DNA from: Lama glama
Lineage: Eukaryota
Direction: 5' to 3'
Assembly (NCBI GenBank): GCA_028534125.1
Contig: CM052817.1
Coordinates: 103,914,001-103,978,000 of the forward strand
Length of the DNA: 64,000 nt
The notes under the pieces were generated by a model. That model made no database searches and was not told the origin of the DNA. It saw only the letters and a list, made by a program, of their open reading frames with translations. Each line of letters begins with the position of its first letter. Position 1 is the first letter of the stretch. The translations under genes were made by a program, and so were the position numbers. Positions 63,932 to 64,000 of the stretch are shown here, piece after piece.

Positions 63932-64000
63932 GAGGTGGTATCAAGATGGCAGAGTAGGAAGACCCTGGGCTTACCTCTTCCTATGAACATGCCAAAATAC
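63932..64000 (+). mobile_element. Start of another L1 5' UTR, running off the window
   Basis: aagatggcagagtaggaagaccctgggcttacctcttcctatgaacatgccaaaat resembles the reverse complement of the L1 5' end at about 44030-44082. Confidence 0.75.

Overview
AT-rich, CpG-depleted eutherian DNA, very probably camelid: it carries four Vic-1-like tRNA-derived SINEs and cetartiodactyl-type L1 ends. I recognise no intact protein-coding gene, RNA gene or CRISPR array, and I see no evidence for a new biological system. The window is dominated by retroelements: a 5'-truncated L1 (+, 12.8-15.7 kb); an end-to-end L1 (-, 37.4-44.1 kb) with an internal ORF2 deletion and a nested L1, sitting inside a Tigger12-like element; many short L1 3' ends; old L1M, L2, MIR and MaLR copies; and an ERV1-type solo LTR. 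DNA-transposon MITEs are also present (Tigger5/MER47, MER53, a MER33 fragment). Best leads: (1) a possible highly decayed, intronless MBD2/MBD3-like pseudogene at about 3.8-4.15 kb, beside a GC-box/G4 patch; (2) an L1 3' transduction carrying a MER33 end, apparently polyadenylated at an ATTAAA inside that MITE; (3) a short L1 insertion that looks both twin-primed and internally primed; (4) a dense CACGT (HRE/E-box) cluster next to a nested hairpin; (5) several templated-insertion and template-switch scars. Repeat-family names and protein alignments come from remembered consensus sequences, not from searches. Boundaries of old repeats are approximate.
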